Origin: Isurus oxyrinchus
Taxonomy: Eukaryota
Assembly: GCA_026770705.1 (NCBI GenBank)
Contig: JANJGN010000025.1
Span: forward strand, 16,306,001-16,370,000
Length of the DNA: 64,000 nucleotides
Direction: 5' to 3'
Below are positions 26,919-37,907 of the stretch, piece after piece. Under the pieces are notes generated by a model, which had not been told where the DNA came from, ran no database searches, and saw only the letters and a program-made list of their open reading frames with translations. How positions within the stretch are numbered: the first letter of the stretch is position 1; each line of letters begins with the position of its first letter. The translations under genes were made by a program, and so were the position numbers.

Positions 26919-28552
26919 GAGCACATCCCCTGATTGAGCTCCTGGAGGAGCCTCTCCATGAAAGTCACCACTCTCTCCATGGAGGAGGCAGTGCACTCAG
27001 CCATGAGGGTCATTGGATAGCTCATGCTCAGCATGGATTCCTCCATCACGGAGACCATGGCACACATTCCCTCATGTATCTCCGCCAGATCCTCCCACAC
27101 ACCCTGCTGGACTTTTGGCTGCCTCAGGGACAACTCCAGAGACCCATCATCAGCCACTGATTGAGCCCTGGGCACTGTCTGCCTCCACCTGCACCTCAAG
27201 CAAGTGTGAAGTGGCCTCACCGATGTGCATTGAGATACTAGCCACCGATGTAATGCCCAGCGAGGTGCTGGTATTTGCGCTGGTGCCTGCTTGGCTGAGA
27301 GGGTGTGATGCAGGTGCATTTTGATCGTTGCTGTTCTCTGGGGTCAGTGGTGGGCCTTCAGGTTCCTCACCCGGATGGACTGCTGGTGATCCTGAAAAGA
27401 AGAGCAAGGATATGTCATTAGTTGAAGTCTTACATTGTTACTGTGCATGCCTGGCACCCGGAATAGGGTGCCCACGTCTCTCCATTATCAATGGGGAATC
27501 CATGTTCGAGGCTCACATTAATATAGAGACTACAATGGAATGGTCGCTATTACAGACATTCTGACCTCTGTGCACTGCACTCTTACCTCCCTGTGGCACC
27601 CCAGCCTCACCACAGCTGGATGACCTAGGCACATGGCACCTCTCCAGCTCCAGGGCCTTCTGCTCATATCGAGTTAGGATGAGTAGGAGGGACAGTCCTC
27701 CGCCAGTCCACAACCTCTCAGCATTGTTATGAAATGTCGTTTCCTGTAAGGGGAGAGGAGCGATGATTAGTCCACCCTGTACCTGCAGCCCCAGTGCAGC
27801 CTGGCCAACCCCACCTGAGGAACACCTCACAGGCCTCAGCCGATTCATGACCCTGGAACCGCTCATTCCAAGCAGCCAGGGCTCACCCCCTTGACCAGAT
27901 GCTGCCTCATTGACATTTGCCACTCATACTCTAAGAACTCTGAGGTCCGGGGGAATGGGGTGGGGGCGGTGGGGGGGAAGTGGAGCAGCTCCTAACTGCT
28001 GTGCTAAGTGACCCAGGCCAACACGGTACTCACCCTTCCAGATTGCGGGAGATCGTTGAAGCGCTCCCGGCACTGCACCCACGTGTGCCTCACCACTTCG
28101 CGGGAGTTCAGCCTGGATGCCACCTCCTCCCAGGCATTTTTGATGAGATGGGGCGGGGGGCCTCCTCCTCCTGTCTCTGGGGACAAGGGTCTCTCTGCGC
28201 TGCCCCCTCCTCCAGGAGGGCAGCGAGACACTCGTCAGAGAAACGTGGGGCCGACTGCCCTGCCAACCTACCCTCCCGCCTGCCGTGTTCACCAGTAACG
28301 CGCTCGGTGACGAGGTGAGTGTGCCTCACCAGGCAGCCTTGGCACGGCGGCCGGGTCACCATTGGACCTGGTGGATATTGAGCTGCTGCCCCTTCTCCCC
28401 GTTGCTGCTGTCACATCTTACACTGGGCGGGCCTTAATTGGCCCACCCACGTAAAATCGCGGTGCAGAGCCGATCGCGGGCGGCGATCAGCTTCCCGACC
28501 ACCCCCCGCCTGCTCCCACTGAGCCCGCACACCGACAGTAAGATTCTGGCCC
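26919..28552 (-). mobile_element. One-ended Harbinger fragment with Myb/SANT gene exons (~28290..28034, 27743..27587, 27391..~26919), inserted in Gypsy gag
   Basis: TIR GGGCCAGAAT at 28552; APRFSDECLAALLEE...AWEEVA...RHTWVQCRERFNDLPQSGR|gtgagt; 157-nt exon 2, same length as in the 31859 element. Confidence 0.85.
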
Positions 28553-29255
28553 ATAGCTCCGTCCACTGTTTAAACATTTTGAATTTGGATGGTAGATCAG
28601 TTGCATCCCAATTCAAACTGGGGAATTTTGTGGACATTCTGACAATACCATTTTAACCTTCCTTCTGCTGTAGCAGCTGGAATGACTGTCACTGTAGCCG
28701 CTTGCATGCGCTTTTCCAAAGCTCTGCCCACAAAGATGAATTGTGGCAGGAATGCACTTTGGAATAATGGTGTCTTTGCGTTTTATTCATTGTTATTTAT
28801 TGTTCAGAAACTCCTGAAGCCCCCATTACAATCGCAACCTTCTCTGCCCAGATTTTTATAGTTTTTTTTTTTGGTTAACTCTCCTTTGCCCGCTCTCGAC
28901 CCAGCCCACACCCTGGCCACTCGGGCTTTCCTGACTGAAGTAACCCAGTGCTGGTCCTATCGAAGTGCTGTCCCACTCACAGAACTGACAGAGAATGTGC
29001 TGCAATTTCACCACAAGGGATCCATCTGCTTACTAGCTCTTTAATTGAGCACTAGCTCAGCACTGTCTCCAAAGCTTTTCTTTGCGGGCACCACACTTCA
29101 TTTTCAACACTGTCTCGTGCTGCGACTTAGTTGCTGTCTGACTAAAACGTCAGGAGTCTTCACTTGCCATGTAGCACGATCTAAGGTTTTTGACCCCATC
29201 ATACCTGAACTCAATCTTGCTGTCACCTGTCTCACCACCGCTGATCATCGTGTCA

Positions 29256-29524
29256 TGCTATTGTAATGATATAAAACCTTGGGCTTATTTACTGTGCAAG
29301 ACACAAGGCACCAATCACTCATAAGGGATTGGGTAAACACATTGTGAGTTCATTATTTAAGACTAGGCACATGAGAATGGTTCTACATCGGTACAGAGCT
29401 TGAAGACATTAGAGCTGTGTGTGTGTGCTCTGCTCAAAGCGAAAGTGAAACCAAGACTGGATCACATGATGCATTTCCCTTCTAGTGATGTCATGCTTCT
29501 ATCCCTATAGGGCATATTACAACA
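29256..29524 (-). repeat. 5' LTR of the minus-strand Gypsy element
   Basis: TG...CA termini; followed on the minus strand by PBS-like tgacacg; its end ggcatattacaaca recurs as a remnant at 23248..23266. Confidence 0.55.
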
Positions 29525-30034
29525 CAAGGTACATCTATGAGGTGGGCCACACACCATCGAGAGGGAGGAAATCAGGTGGGAAACTGGGAAAGGTGCTACA
29601 AACCATTGAGAGGGAAGAGATCAGGTCAGGAAGGCTGGCCCAGGGGCCAGGGCCACATGCACCATCAAAAAGGTGGAGGTCGGGAAGGGCCTTCTGGGGG
29701 TACAGGTGAGACACTAGGCCTTTTACCTTGCCTTGTGCTCCAGCAGCCTCTAGCCAGGTCTGAAGTGAAGGAAGCTCCAACAGAACAATCCTCCCAAGAG
29801 TCCCAACATGAGGTAATCAAGAAGGGAGGGACAGGGGAATCTGATGCATCTTATTCAGCCAATGATTGCTGTTGTTCAGAACAGCTGTCATTGGCTGAGT
29901 AGCCTGTCAATTGGGATGGTCCACATACCAGATTGGCTACTTTGGACACTGACCTTCCAGATTGACAGCCTACTCGGCCAATCATCCTGTGATCCCCCAC
30001 CCTCCCTAGTGCATGGCCCCCAGTGATTAGCACC

Positions 30035-30320
30035 CTCGTCGTCTGGGCTCAGCCCCTAAGGTTCCAATTTCCGCGGCTACGTTCGCGGCTGGGTGTCTCT
30101 GGAGAGGAAGCACACGGTGTCTGCTGGCACTCTTGAGGCCTTTCGTGCTCGGTGAGCACCGCGGGGACTGGGGTGTTTTATTGACCACTTTAATCACATT
30201 TTGGTTTAAAGTTGTAAGTTTCCTTTAAATTTTGTCTTTAGTTTTACAGCTGACCTGAATTAGGGGCTGTGCTTGATTTGTCCTCATTTTGTTGATTTGG
30301 TTTAATTGGTTTAACCCAAT
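30035..30320 (+). mobile_element. Tx1-clade (L1-like) LINE 3' end
   Basis: FRGYVRGWVSLE.EH.VSAGTLEAFRAR*APRGL C-terminus followed by a T-rich 3' UTR. Confidence 0.65.
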
Positions 30321-30339
30321 AGATTCCTAAGGTTCCAAC

Positions 30340-31360
30340 ATGGCAAGCTAGTGCTGCACTGCCGTATTTGTTAAACAAGAGATATCTTTTGCCAATGCCT
30401 GAAACTGGCATTACTCCCTTTGCATATGTAAATAATGTATCTATCATTGTCTGCCACTCAAGGGAACCAATCCCAGAAAAAGTCTGCAACGAAATGGGTA
30501 CGTTAGAGATTGGAGCAGGGAGGTCCCTATATTTAATCATATTACATTGACTTCTTATGGCTTTAAACATGTCAACACAGTGTATCATCCAATAAGATGC
30601 CGGGCTTCTACTCAATTCATCTTAGCCAAATGTGCAAATGTGTTAGGCATTTCTCTTTGGGAATCTCTCCATATGTGGAGCGGCTCGAGATGTTTCTCAC
30701 TTCTATTAATATCCTCAAAGATCCTGATAATCCAGCTGTTAATCAGGCAGTGGGGGAAAGGAAAAGGGTGATATTTCTGACTGAAGCAAGCCCAGGGTTG
30801 TAAGAAACACTCAAGAATTTGCACGCCCCTAGTAAAGCCAAAAGCCAGTCCTTATTGTGTGTCTGCTTGAGCAGCACTACAATCCAAAGCCAGTGGAGAT
30901 TGTTGAAAGCTACCAGTTTGGAACAAGGAATCAGTTGCCCATTGAGGGCATTGGAGAGTTTATCGTTGCTTTGAAAAAGCTGTTTATTCATTGTAATTTT
31001 GGAGGATTTCAAGAGAGAGCATTGTGGAACAGTTTTGTACGCAGTTTAAAAAGTGAAGACATTTGCAGCAAGTTACTAACATTGCCAAAGTTAACTTTCA
31101 ACATAGCTTGTCAACAGCATTGTCCATGAACATGGCAGAATGTGACTCGAGAGAAGTCAAAGTTAACAACTACCAGTTGTCTGTTGAAATAAATAAGCTG
31201 CAACTGACAAAGCAAAAAAGCCCCAACAATGGCAGCAGGTATGACAAAATCCTGCTACCTGTGCTTAAGCCAATATTGGGCACGGAATTGTGCATTTAGG
31301 TAGATTGTTACAGCCACAAGAAGAAGGATCATCTTGCCAAGGCACGTTACCATTGGCCCA
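30340..31360 (+). mobile_element. Second Gypsy relic: PBS-like start and decayed gag
   Basis: aaca|tggca at 30337-45; YVERLEMF...RKRVIFLT, HYNPKPVEIVESYQF.TRNQ...I.EFIVALKKL..HCNFG, KLL....LTF..AC..A; degenerate Zn knuckle ~31255-31345. Confidence 0.8.
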
Positions 31361-32141
31361 CATCCCATGTATTATGACACAGCTGATGGTAAATGACGAG
31401 ATGTTCAAATCCCAGAGGGAAACTTGAAACAACTGTCATAAACAATTTTTGCAATTTGTATGTTTGAATTCAGTAGTAATAAGACCACTGAATTTCAAGA
31501 GGTTTTTATAAAACAAAATTAAACATTTATTAATACAAAGAAGATTTTAAGCACATACATATGTCTACAAAATTACTATTATAATAACTGCAAAAATCTC
31601 CTGATTAGTCTGACTCCGAGTTACACCTCTGTTAAGGCAACAGTAAAACACATAGGTTTAAACAGACCCCAGGCAAAGCACACCCTGGACAGTCCAATTC
31701 AAAATTAATTTCTTTCAGCTCTGAGTCCCTGCAGACAGCGACTTGAGGGTTACAGGCTGGAGGCTTTAGATCCTAGAATCCCTCTTCTTTTCACCAATAG
31801 CCTTCTCTTCCTTTATACATATTTCCACTTTGAATGCAAATTTTCATTGTATCACTACGGGCTGAATTTTGCCCTTGACGGGCGGGCAGCCAATCACCGC
31901 CGCCAAAACGCTGCCATTTTGCGGGAGCGGCACAATCAAGGGCCGCCCATCTAGATTGCGACTCCTGTGTACAACGGGAACATCGTGGGCGTGTTCAGAC
32001 TGCCGGTTCCAATGGGGAACTGGCTGTCTGTATAAAGAGCGGCCAGGCAGCCTCCTTGAGGCAGTTCACCATGGCCACTCATAGAGAAGGACCTGCTGGT
32101 TTGAGGGCAGAGGAGGAGGAGGAGGGGGGCAGGCTGCAGGA

Positions 32142-35100
32142 TATGCCAACGGGGGGCAACTGTGCCCCTCGGTTCTCAGATGCCTGCCTTGCTGTCCTCC
32201 TCCAAGAGGTGTCCAACCATCGGGATGTCTTGTTTCCAGAGGATGGGAGGAGGAGGGACCCCCCCCGCCCCACGTCACCAGGCAGGCGAGGCAGGAGGTG
32301 GCGCAGGCTGTTAGCTCTCATGATGCTGTGCAGCGCACCGGGACACAGTGCCGCAAGCGCTTCAATGGTTTGTTGCGCTCTGGAAGGGTGAGTACCATGT
32401 CAGCCTTGGCCATTTGACCCAGCAGGTAGCCTTAGCCTTTGAGGCCCCCTCCCCATGTCTTAGTGTCGTTACTGCATTGGGCATTTGGCACACACTGGGT
32501 GGGCAAACAGATAGTGACCATGCTTACATCAGCCTTAGTGGTTGAGGAGAAGATGGGTTCTCCCTGCAGCATATGTTGGTGTTTGTCACATTTTGAGTAG
32601 TCTGGGGGCAACCTGCAGGGGGCAGCTAGACACATACTCAGAACTCCAACACATGTCTTATTGATGGTGATGAGATGGTGGAAGGGGAGCCTCAAGGTGT
32701 CATGGCCAAGAGCCATCTGCTGGCCTCGGCGCTGCATGTAGTTACGCCTCCTTGCCATGGGCGCTAAGACCCGTGTGTTATTCAAAGTGATGGACGCCGA
32801 ATGTGTCCAAGGTGTCCGTTGGGGGAGGGGGTTGGGACCAGCTGTACTATCTTCTGGAGACTGATCACCAGTAGTGTGGACAGGAGCCGCTGGAGGCCTC
32901 AGATGGGCCACTGTGGTTGGGGTGCTGCGTGCGCGTGCAGAGTACATGAGCGATCAGACCCAATAAGTCCTCTTCTCTGTTCTGCAGGCAAAAACTGAGA
33001 GCAATGTGCGGCAGTGCCAGCAGACTGGTGATGGGCACACCCTGCTCCAGCGCCTCACCACCTATGATGAACAGGCCATGGAGCTGGGGAGGAGGCAGGC
33101 GGCCAGTGCGGCAGGTGTCAGTGAGGCTGGGGTGCAGCGGCCAGGTATTTGAGGTCCACAGTCCCACCCACTCTGTCTCCCCATCATCCAAACCACTGAT
33201 GGTTGCTGCAATCGTTAATGCAGCAACACTGCTCATTCACAGACTGATACAGTCAGACGTGTGGGTCATACAGAAACGTCCCTCAGCCCCTTGAGGATGT
33301 GAGTCTCCAGCACCTTCCAAAGTCGCCTTATCCCATTTGTGACCACTATCCCCATGGCCTAACATGCCATGGCATCGCTGCTGCACAGCCAAAGACGTTT
33401 TGCATCTTAGGAGGGTTTGTACCTTCACCACCCTTTCAGCCAGTGCGTCCCACATTACTCTGTCCAAAAGGTCCTCAGCACCTCACCTGTCAACCTCATG
33501 GCACTCAACTTAAATAAATGCCACCACGTTAGTCATCCCTGCGCCAAAGGGAAATGTTGCCTTGTGTCCACCCATTCTATGCCCCTCATAACGGTGTGAA
33601 GGTCAATAACGTGACCTGTCAATCCCCTGTGCTCCACGGCAAATGTCACAAGTGTTTGCAATGTTTCCTCATCACTGCAACTCTCCAGGACAGCATGCAT
33701 CCAGGTCAGGAACCTCTCCACTCTGTCCCCACTCCAATCCCATCCCTCCCATGAAGCACAGCTCACAACTGGACGCTGAAGTGTAGCTGTGGCCTCAGCA
33801 GCATTTTCTGTACTTGCAACATGACCTCCCTCTTCCTACGTTCTATTCCTCGGCTAATAAAGACAAGTCTGGCTTTGACCTTGTTAACCGCCTTATCTTC
33901 CTGTTCTGCTCCCTTAACGGCTCTGCCCAGCAAGATCCCTGTAATTGTCCTGACTTCCCACGGTCCATTACCATTACTCATGTATTCCCGTACCTTGCTT
34001 GTCTTGCCCAAGTGCTTAGCCGAACACTTTTCCACATAACATTCCATGTGGCAATCCTTAGGCCATCTGACCAGCCTGTCTGTATGCACGTGTAATGTTT
34101 GGGCCTCCTCTTGAATATTTACCACCCCACCAATGTCCGTCTCGTTCTTGAAGGGTGAGTGACTTATGAGGCTGGGGGGGAAAGGGATGAAAGGTGTTAC
34201 TGACTGAACGCTAACTGATGCACTGTCCTTGTTGTTAATTTCAGTATCACCACCACATGGCCGCCTTCAACATGTCCAGAGCCCCCCCTCCACACCCGAG
34301 GGCCAAGACTTACAACTTGCAGCACATCATTTCAGCCAGCCAGGCATCAGCGCAGCCACAAACACTTCGGTGCGGAATATAACACCGGTGAGTGTCCCAG
34401 GGCACAGTGGAGAGGGCACTTCACAATCGCTGGAGGAGATGGCACGGACAGAGTGCCGATGGTGCCAGCAGCCGGAGGACTGCAGGGGACCAGGCACATG
34501 CTGAGCCCAGCAGTGATGATGTGCCTCTGGAGATGTCACCAATGCAGCAGCTGCAGGACAAGCGGCAGGATGCACGGGAGCATCTGGCAGGGTTGCATGA
34601 GGGTGTGCTTCAGTTGGTCTCTGTGGTGGAGGAGTCCAGGCAGAGTGTCAGTGAAGGCATGAACCTCAGGACAGAGCTTCAGTCTTCCTCCACTGAGAGA
34701 TTGGCGACTCTCATGGAGAGGGGCTTCAGTCGGATTGAGACTCTTCTAATTGAGATACGCTCTGGCCTGCAAGTCCTCACAGCGCTAATGGCCACAGGTG
34801 GTCATTCCCAATGTGGGAGATGTTCTGGGCACCGAGTGTCACCGCTCGGTGCCCATGCATCTGCGGTGAGCAGGGAGGTCCGATGTGACCTCACATTGGT
34901 GCAGTAGCTGCCTGCTATCACTGCGAGCTCCCCTCAGGGCGCTCCTGATGAGGGCAGCAGCTCCTCCGCCCCTCTGACAGTGATCGTTGCATCCATTGAG
35001 GCTGCGACAACTGGGGAGGTGCCAGTTCTGGAACTGGCCACTCCCTCCCAGGTGGGGCCATCACAGGCTCCACGGACCAAGATCATCGAGGCCAATAGGA

Positions 35101-35192
35101 CAGCAGAGTCAGCAGCTGTCTCACAGGCCACTCTGAGCGATGGGTCAGCACCTAGACGTAGCACCCGCAAACAAAAGCATAAGGCCCGTTAG
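32142..35192 (+). pseudogene. Harbinger Myb/SANT-like DNA-binding gene (NAIF1/MSANTD-like), 3 exons ~32142..32387, 32988..33144, 34245..35192, frameshifted
   Basis: APRFSDACLAVLLQEV..RDVLFPEDGRRR...QCRKRFNGLLRSGR|gtgagt; exon 2 AKTESNVRQCQQTGDG; coiled-coil-like exon 3 ending PRRSTRKQKHKAR*. Confidence 0.85.
33290..34140 (-). mobile_element. Highly diverged CR1 LINE 3' fragment inside intron 2 of the Harbinger Myb gene
   Basis: ORF 33763..34125: DRLVRW...VEKC..KHLGK...FISRGIE..KREVMLQ...LLRPQL, homologous to the CR1 RT C-terminal region at 38661-39030. Confidence 0.8.
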
Positions 35193-35501
35193 GCACTCCA
35201 CGGGTATGTCACTGGCGATTTTGTGTTGACCCTAGATTAGGGAATATATAATTATGTACATCTGAAGGACATTTGAGGTTTCTTATGGTGGGAATAAAGT
35301 CCACTTTTCTGACCATGGCTGAGGGTGTTTCCTTTGTGCTGCATTTGTATGTTTCACAGACATATCATGAGTGTTTGAGTGGACATTGATGTTTCTGTAC
35401 TAAGCCCTTAGTTGCAGCTGATGAGGTGGAAGATGTAGCATCCGAGTGCCACGTGTGGAAGTGCCAGGCAATGTTGGTCCTGCTGATCCATGTGTGTGGA
35501 A

Positions 35502-36798
35502 CTAGCTGAAGGTTTGTTGGATTAAAGTGTCCCGAGTGTCCCTGCCTCCTTGGTGTAGTAGCGGGTCAGCATGCCGCCTCTCATCATCGCCCTGTGCTTC
35601 CTCATCCTCTGAGACACTGCTGGATTCATCATGTGCAGCCTCATCCACTGCGTCAAGGTCTTCATCGTCAACTGCATCCCCCCTTTCCAGCGCAAGATTG
35701 TGCAGAGTGCAGCATGCTACCACTATCACAGAGACAGGATCTGGGGGGTACTGGAGTGCACCCCCTGAGCAGTCCAGGCATCAGAAGCATATCTTGAGAA
35801 GACCAAAGGCTCTCTCCATCACAGCCCTTGTGGTGCTGTGGCTCCTATTGTACCGCTGCTCAGCTTCTGTTATTAGACGGTGGAGACGCGTCATGAGCCA
35901 CCTTCTGAAGGAATAGCCCTTGTCACCCAGCAGCCACCCATCCAGCCGGGCTGGAGCACTGAAGAGCCCCAGCACCTGGGAGTGTCTGAGGATGTAGGTG
36001 TCGTGGGAGCTGCCTGGGTACCTTGCACAGACTTGCAGAATCTGCATCCTGTGATCACACACTATCTGCACGTTCTTAGAGTGGAAGCCCTTCCTGTTGA
36101 CCAAGGCACCGGGCTCACCTGCTGGTGTCCTGATGGCCACATGTGTACAGTCTATAGCACCCTGGACACGGGGGAAGCCAGCAATGGCCGCGAAGCCTCT
36201 GGCTCACTGTATCTGACTTGCCTGGTCGCAGTGGAATTGGATGAAGGTCAATGCCCGTCAGAACAGAGCGTCTGTAACCTGCTTGACACAAGCGTGGACA
36301 GCTGATTGGGAGACACTGCAAAGATCACCATCCGAGCCCTGGAAGGAGCCAGAGGCATAGAAGTGGAGGGCAGCTGTGACCTTCCGAGCCACTGGCATGG
36401 GGTGTCCTCCCACACAGTTAGGGGAGATCTCACAGAATCACACAGTGTAGAAGAGGTCCTTCGGCCCATCGAGTCTGCACCAACCCTGACCTCAGGGCCA
36501 ATCATCTGACAGATATCGTTGATTGTTTCCCTTGACAGACAGAGCCTCCTTCGGCACTGCACCTCAATCATATTGAGGTAGCTGCTTCACCGCCTGTATA
36601 TCCAGGCAGCAGGATAGTGGCGTCTCTGCGGCCCCTTCCACCTTGGACAACCTCTTGGCCCTGCGCCCCTTGTGCCTGCACCTGTCTTCCCAAAGGTGGC
36701 TCCCCTGGAGGCTGATTGTCCACTCCTGGCCTCCTCCTCATTCTATCCCTCCATTCCTCCTCAGAGGAGCTGCCTCCAGTGGAGATGTCAGAACCCAT
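35502..36798 (-). pseudogene. Harbinger DDE transposase (HARBI1-like) with stops and frameshifts
   Basis: [66 protein letters not shown], acidic tail. Confidence 0.92.
36430..36488 (-). mobile_element. Short CR1 3'-tail insertion inside the Harbinger transposase
   Basis: acagaatcacacagtgtagaagaggtccttcggcccatcgagtctgcacc is the reverse complement of the CR1 tails at ~39505-39550 and ~6110-6165; flanked by gatctca/gacctca. Confidence 0.75.
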
Positions 36799-37907
36799 AC
36801 CCAGGCTAAATGGAGGCCTCCGGAAAGCTGCAGGCCCGATAAAGATTCCTGTCTGCAGAGAGCTGAGCTGAAGCTTCAAAGTACAGAGAAAGCTTTTGGA
36901 AATCGATCTGAACTGGTAACAATCACACAGGCAAGTTTAAAACACTTTCTGCAATAAATACTTCAGAAAGAAACATGAACAACCCCTCTGAGCCCACATA
37001 TCCCGCCCGTGGATGAGGTTTGTTAAAAAATCAGTTACCTGCCTGCCCATTGGGCCCGTGCACCGAGCCGAAGATCACACGGGCTCCTCAAAATCGGCGT
37101 CGATTGCCGAGTTAAGGGCCTTAACCAGGCCTTTAATTAATGGCGGGTGGGCGTCCCGCTACATAGCGCCCCCGCCCACCTAAACATCGCGATGCCGCGT
37201 GCTAACGTCGGGACACTCGCGCGACAGTTTAAGCGCTGACCTGCGGACTCCGCCACCCACACGTCAGCCAGAAAATTCAACCCATTGACACAGATACCAC
37301 TAAACTCTTATTTTAAAATAATTTCCAATAACATTATTGACATTATTATATCTTCCTGACATATGAAAGAATTAAAAAAAAAGAAATTAAGCCCTTAGTC
37401 TACAGCATTTCATCAACTAAAATGATCATGAGAATAGGGTGATTTTTAATTGTGCTCAAAAAGCTGCGACCCTTTTGATCTTAATGTGCAGTTAAATTAC
37501 TTTAGAAAAGTATTTAGAATTTGCCAATGCTGAAGGGAGAGACACACGGTGATAAGTAACTAGATTTCTGCTGATTGTACTGCCAGCTGGTGGTCCAAGT
37601 TGGAAAGGTAAACAAGCATCAGCTCAGGAAATGTGAAAGCATAAGGGGAGATTTTAGTCTTTTATCAGCTGGGCGTTTGGCATCGCCTGAAATCCAATTG
37701 CGGAATCGACCAAAGAGTGCATTTTTCTACTATTCATTTCAGTTGAAGGAAAGTCAGGCAGTTTCTGTTACTTGTATGTGATTCTCACTTGACAGATTTG
37801 CCTTTCTGCATTCTGCCTCGTGATATGCTTAACAACCAGGCAGTCAAGATTGAAATCTGCCCCATAGACATTGAGCAGGTGCACTTCTGTGTCTTTGTGC
37901 AGCTTCA

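Larger units (their letters stand above)
23248..29524 (-). mobile_element. Decayed Gypsy/Ty3 LTR retrotransposon (gag-PR-RT-RH-IN)
   Basis: gag (FPSLNWDATDL..FKMFKQ, FQIHRLVFM..QQ.ATESMDHFIS), protease KIDTGASAN ~26010, RT/RH (PNFAQKSSLLRELLRKDV, ASPRLQRLLI.IQGY...IRYKPG), integrase (C..C...QQKAPLIPHEFPTHPWSKIA); PPT-like tract ~23290. Confidence 0.88.
31859..37283 (+). mobile_element. Near full-length PIF/Harbinger DNA transposon (~5.4 kb) with convergent Myb/SANT gene and transposase; decayed
   Basis: TIRs GGGCTGAATTTT / AAAATTCAACCC; both genes recognisable; two-gene convergent layout typical of Harbinger. Confidence 0.9.
31370..37361 (-). mobile_element. Solo LTR (Gypsy-like) split by the Harbinger insertion (parts 31370..31858 and 37284..37361)
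   Basis: Termini tattatgac...tgaca; flanks catg/tatg (4-bp TSD, one mismatch); both parts match the related copy at 61010..61379; AATAAA on the minus strand near 31530. Confidence 0.65.

Noticed and set aside
35502-36798. Possible domesticated HARBI1 gene
   Set aside because: Multiple stops, a frameshift, a LINE-tail insertion and flanking TIRs show a dead transposon copy.
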